5,062 nt of DNA, taken from IMG/VR virus record IMGVR_UViG_3300012974_000295. One strand, written 5' to 3'. The DNA is from a virus. Lineage: Duplodnaviria > Heunggongvirae > Uroviricota > Caudoviricetes. The notes beneath the pieces were generated by a model. That model searched no databases. It saw only the letters and a program-made list of their open reading frames with translations, and was not told where the DNA came from. The position numbers were made by a program, and so were the translations under genes. This document shows positions 4,695-5,062 of this stretch, one piece after another (within the stretch, counting starts at the first letter, position 1; each line of letters opens with the position of its first letter).

Positions 4695-5062
4695 ACAGTT
4701 TAACGGCAAATAACCGTTTGTCGCAACAGCTGGTGGTCAGCGTCTCTGAACACCTGTTGTTACGGCATGAATGCAGATTACCAAATCACCAGGCTGTAAG
4801 TAACCACAGAGAACTTTACCTGACTGTGGGGGGCGAGTTGTGCAGGAACTTAACCGCTGGTTTCGTGACGGAAGAGGGCTTTATGTTCATGTTATTCGTT
4901 GGGAACCAGAAACACAGCGCGTTATCTATCTTCGCAAAGACTACCCGCATGAGTGCTTTAGTCCTTTGTGGAAATTCAGGCGTGATTTTGTTGAGTGTGA
5001 CGGACCACCAACACATTGATTCTGCCATTCCGGGACGTTACACTGTTCAGGCACCTTATAAA
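4691..5062 (+). CDS. Hypothetical protein, partial (5' end in window, runs off the right edge); position suggests first replication-region gene
   Basis: The ATG at 4691 overlaps the TGA of the upstream gene (ATGA) and GGAG lies 10 nt upstream. The frame is open for 124 codons to the window edge. An alternative small ORF in another plus frame (GTG 4840 to TGA 5019, 60 aa) also looks protein-like, so the frame is unresolved. Confidence 0.35.
   Translation, partial: MNSLTANNRLSQQLVVSVSEHLLLRHECRLPNHQAVSNHRELYLTVGGELCRNLTAGFVTEEGFMFMLFVGNQKHSALSIFAKTTRMSALVLCGNSGVILLSVTDHQHIDSAIPGRYTVQAPYK

Noticed and set aside
4816-5028. Minus-strand 70-aa ORF at the right edge
   Set aside because: No ribosome-binding site and atypical composition; it overlaps plus-strand frames that fit the operon layout better.
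1-5062. Looked for CRISPR repeats, tRNA/tmRNA, and IS or transposase signatures
   Set aside because: No tandem direct-repeat array, no convincing tRNA T-arm or acceptor pattern, and no transposase-like ORF.

Overview
This window reads as the immunity and early-control region of a lambdoid enterobacterial prophage related to the K-12 CPS-53/KpLE1 element. All calls come from reading the sequence by hand; no database search, RNA folding or alignment was run. Left half, minus strand: an early-left operon of YfdP-like (2015-2377), YfdQ-like (1125-1949), YfdR-like HD-domain hydrolase (461-997), a 116-aa protein (120-470) and the start of a further gene (1-123). Centre (2378-2990): about 600 bp with no credible ORF in any frame, GC-richer than its flanks, containing a 15/17-bp inverted-repeat hairpin and a candidate intrinsic terminator, downstream of a pL-like promoter with two 15-bp operator-like sites. 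Right half: a cI-like repressor (HTH plus LexA-like S24 peptidase, 3100-3792, minus) with its own terminator, a divergent operator region with three sites at 24-bp spacing, a cro-like gene (3890-4150), a cII-position 183-aa gene (4143-4694) and the start of a downstream ORF. No rRNA, tRNA, CRISPR array or transposase was recognised. The most interesting observations are the gene-free structured leader where lambdoid phages normally encode N, and a minus-strand terminator hairpin inside the 3' end of the cII-position gene, an oop-like antisense arrangement.
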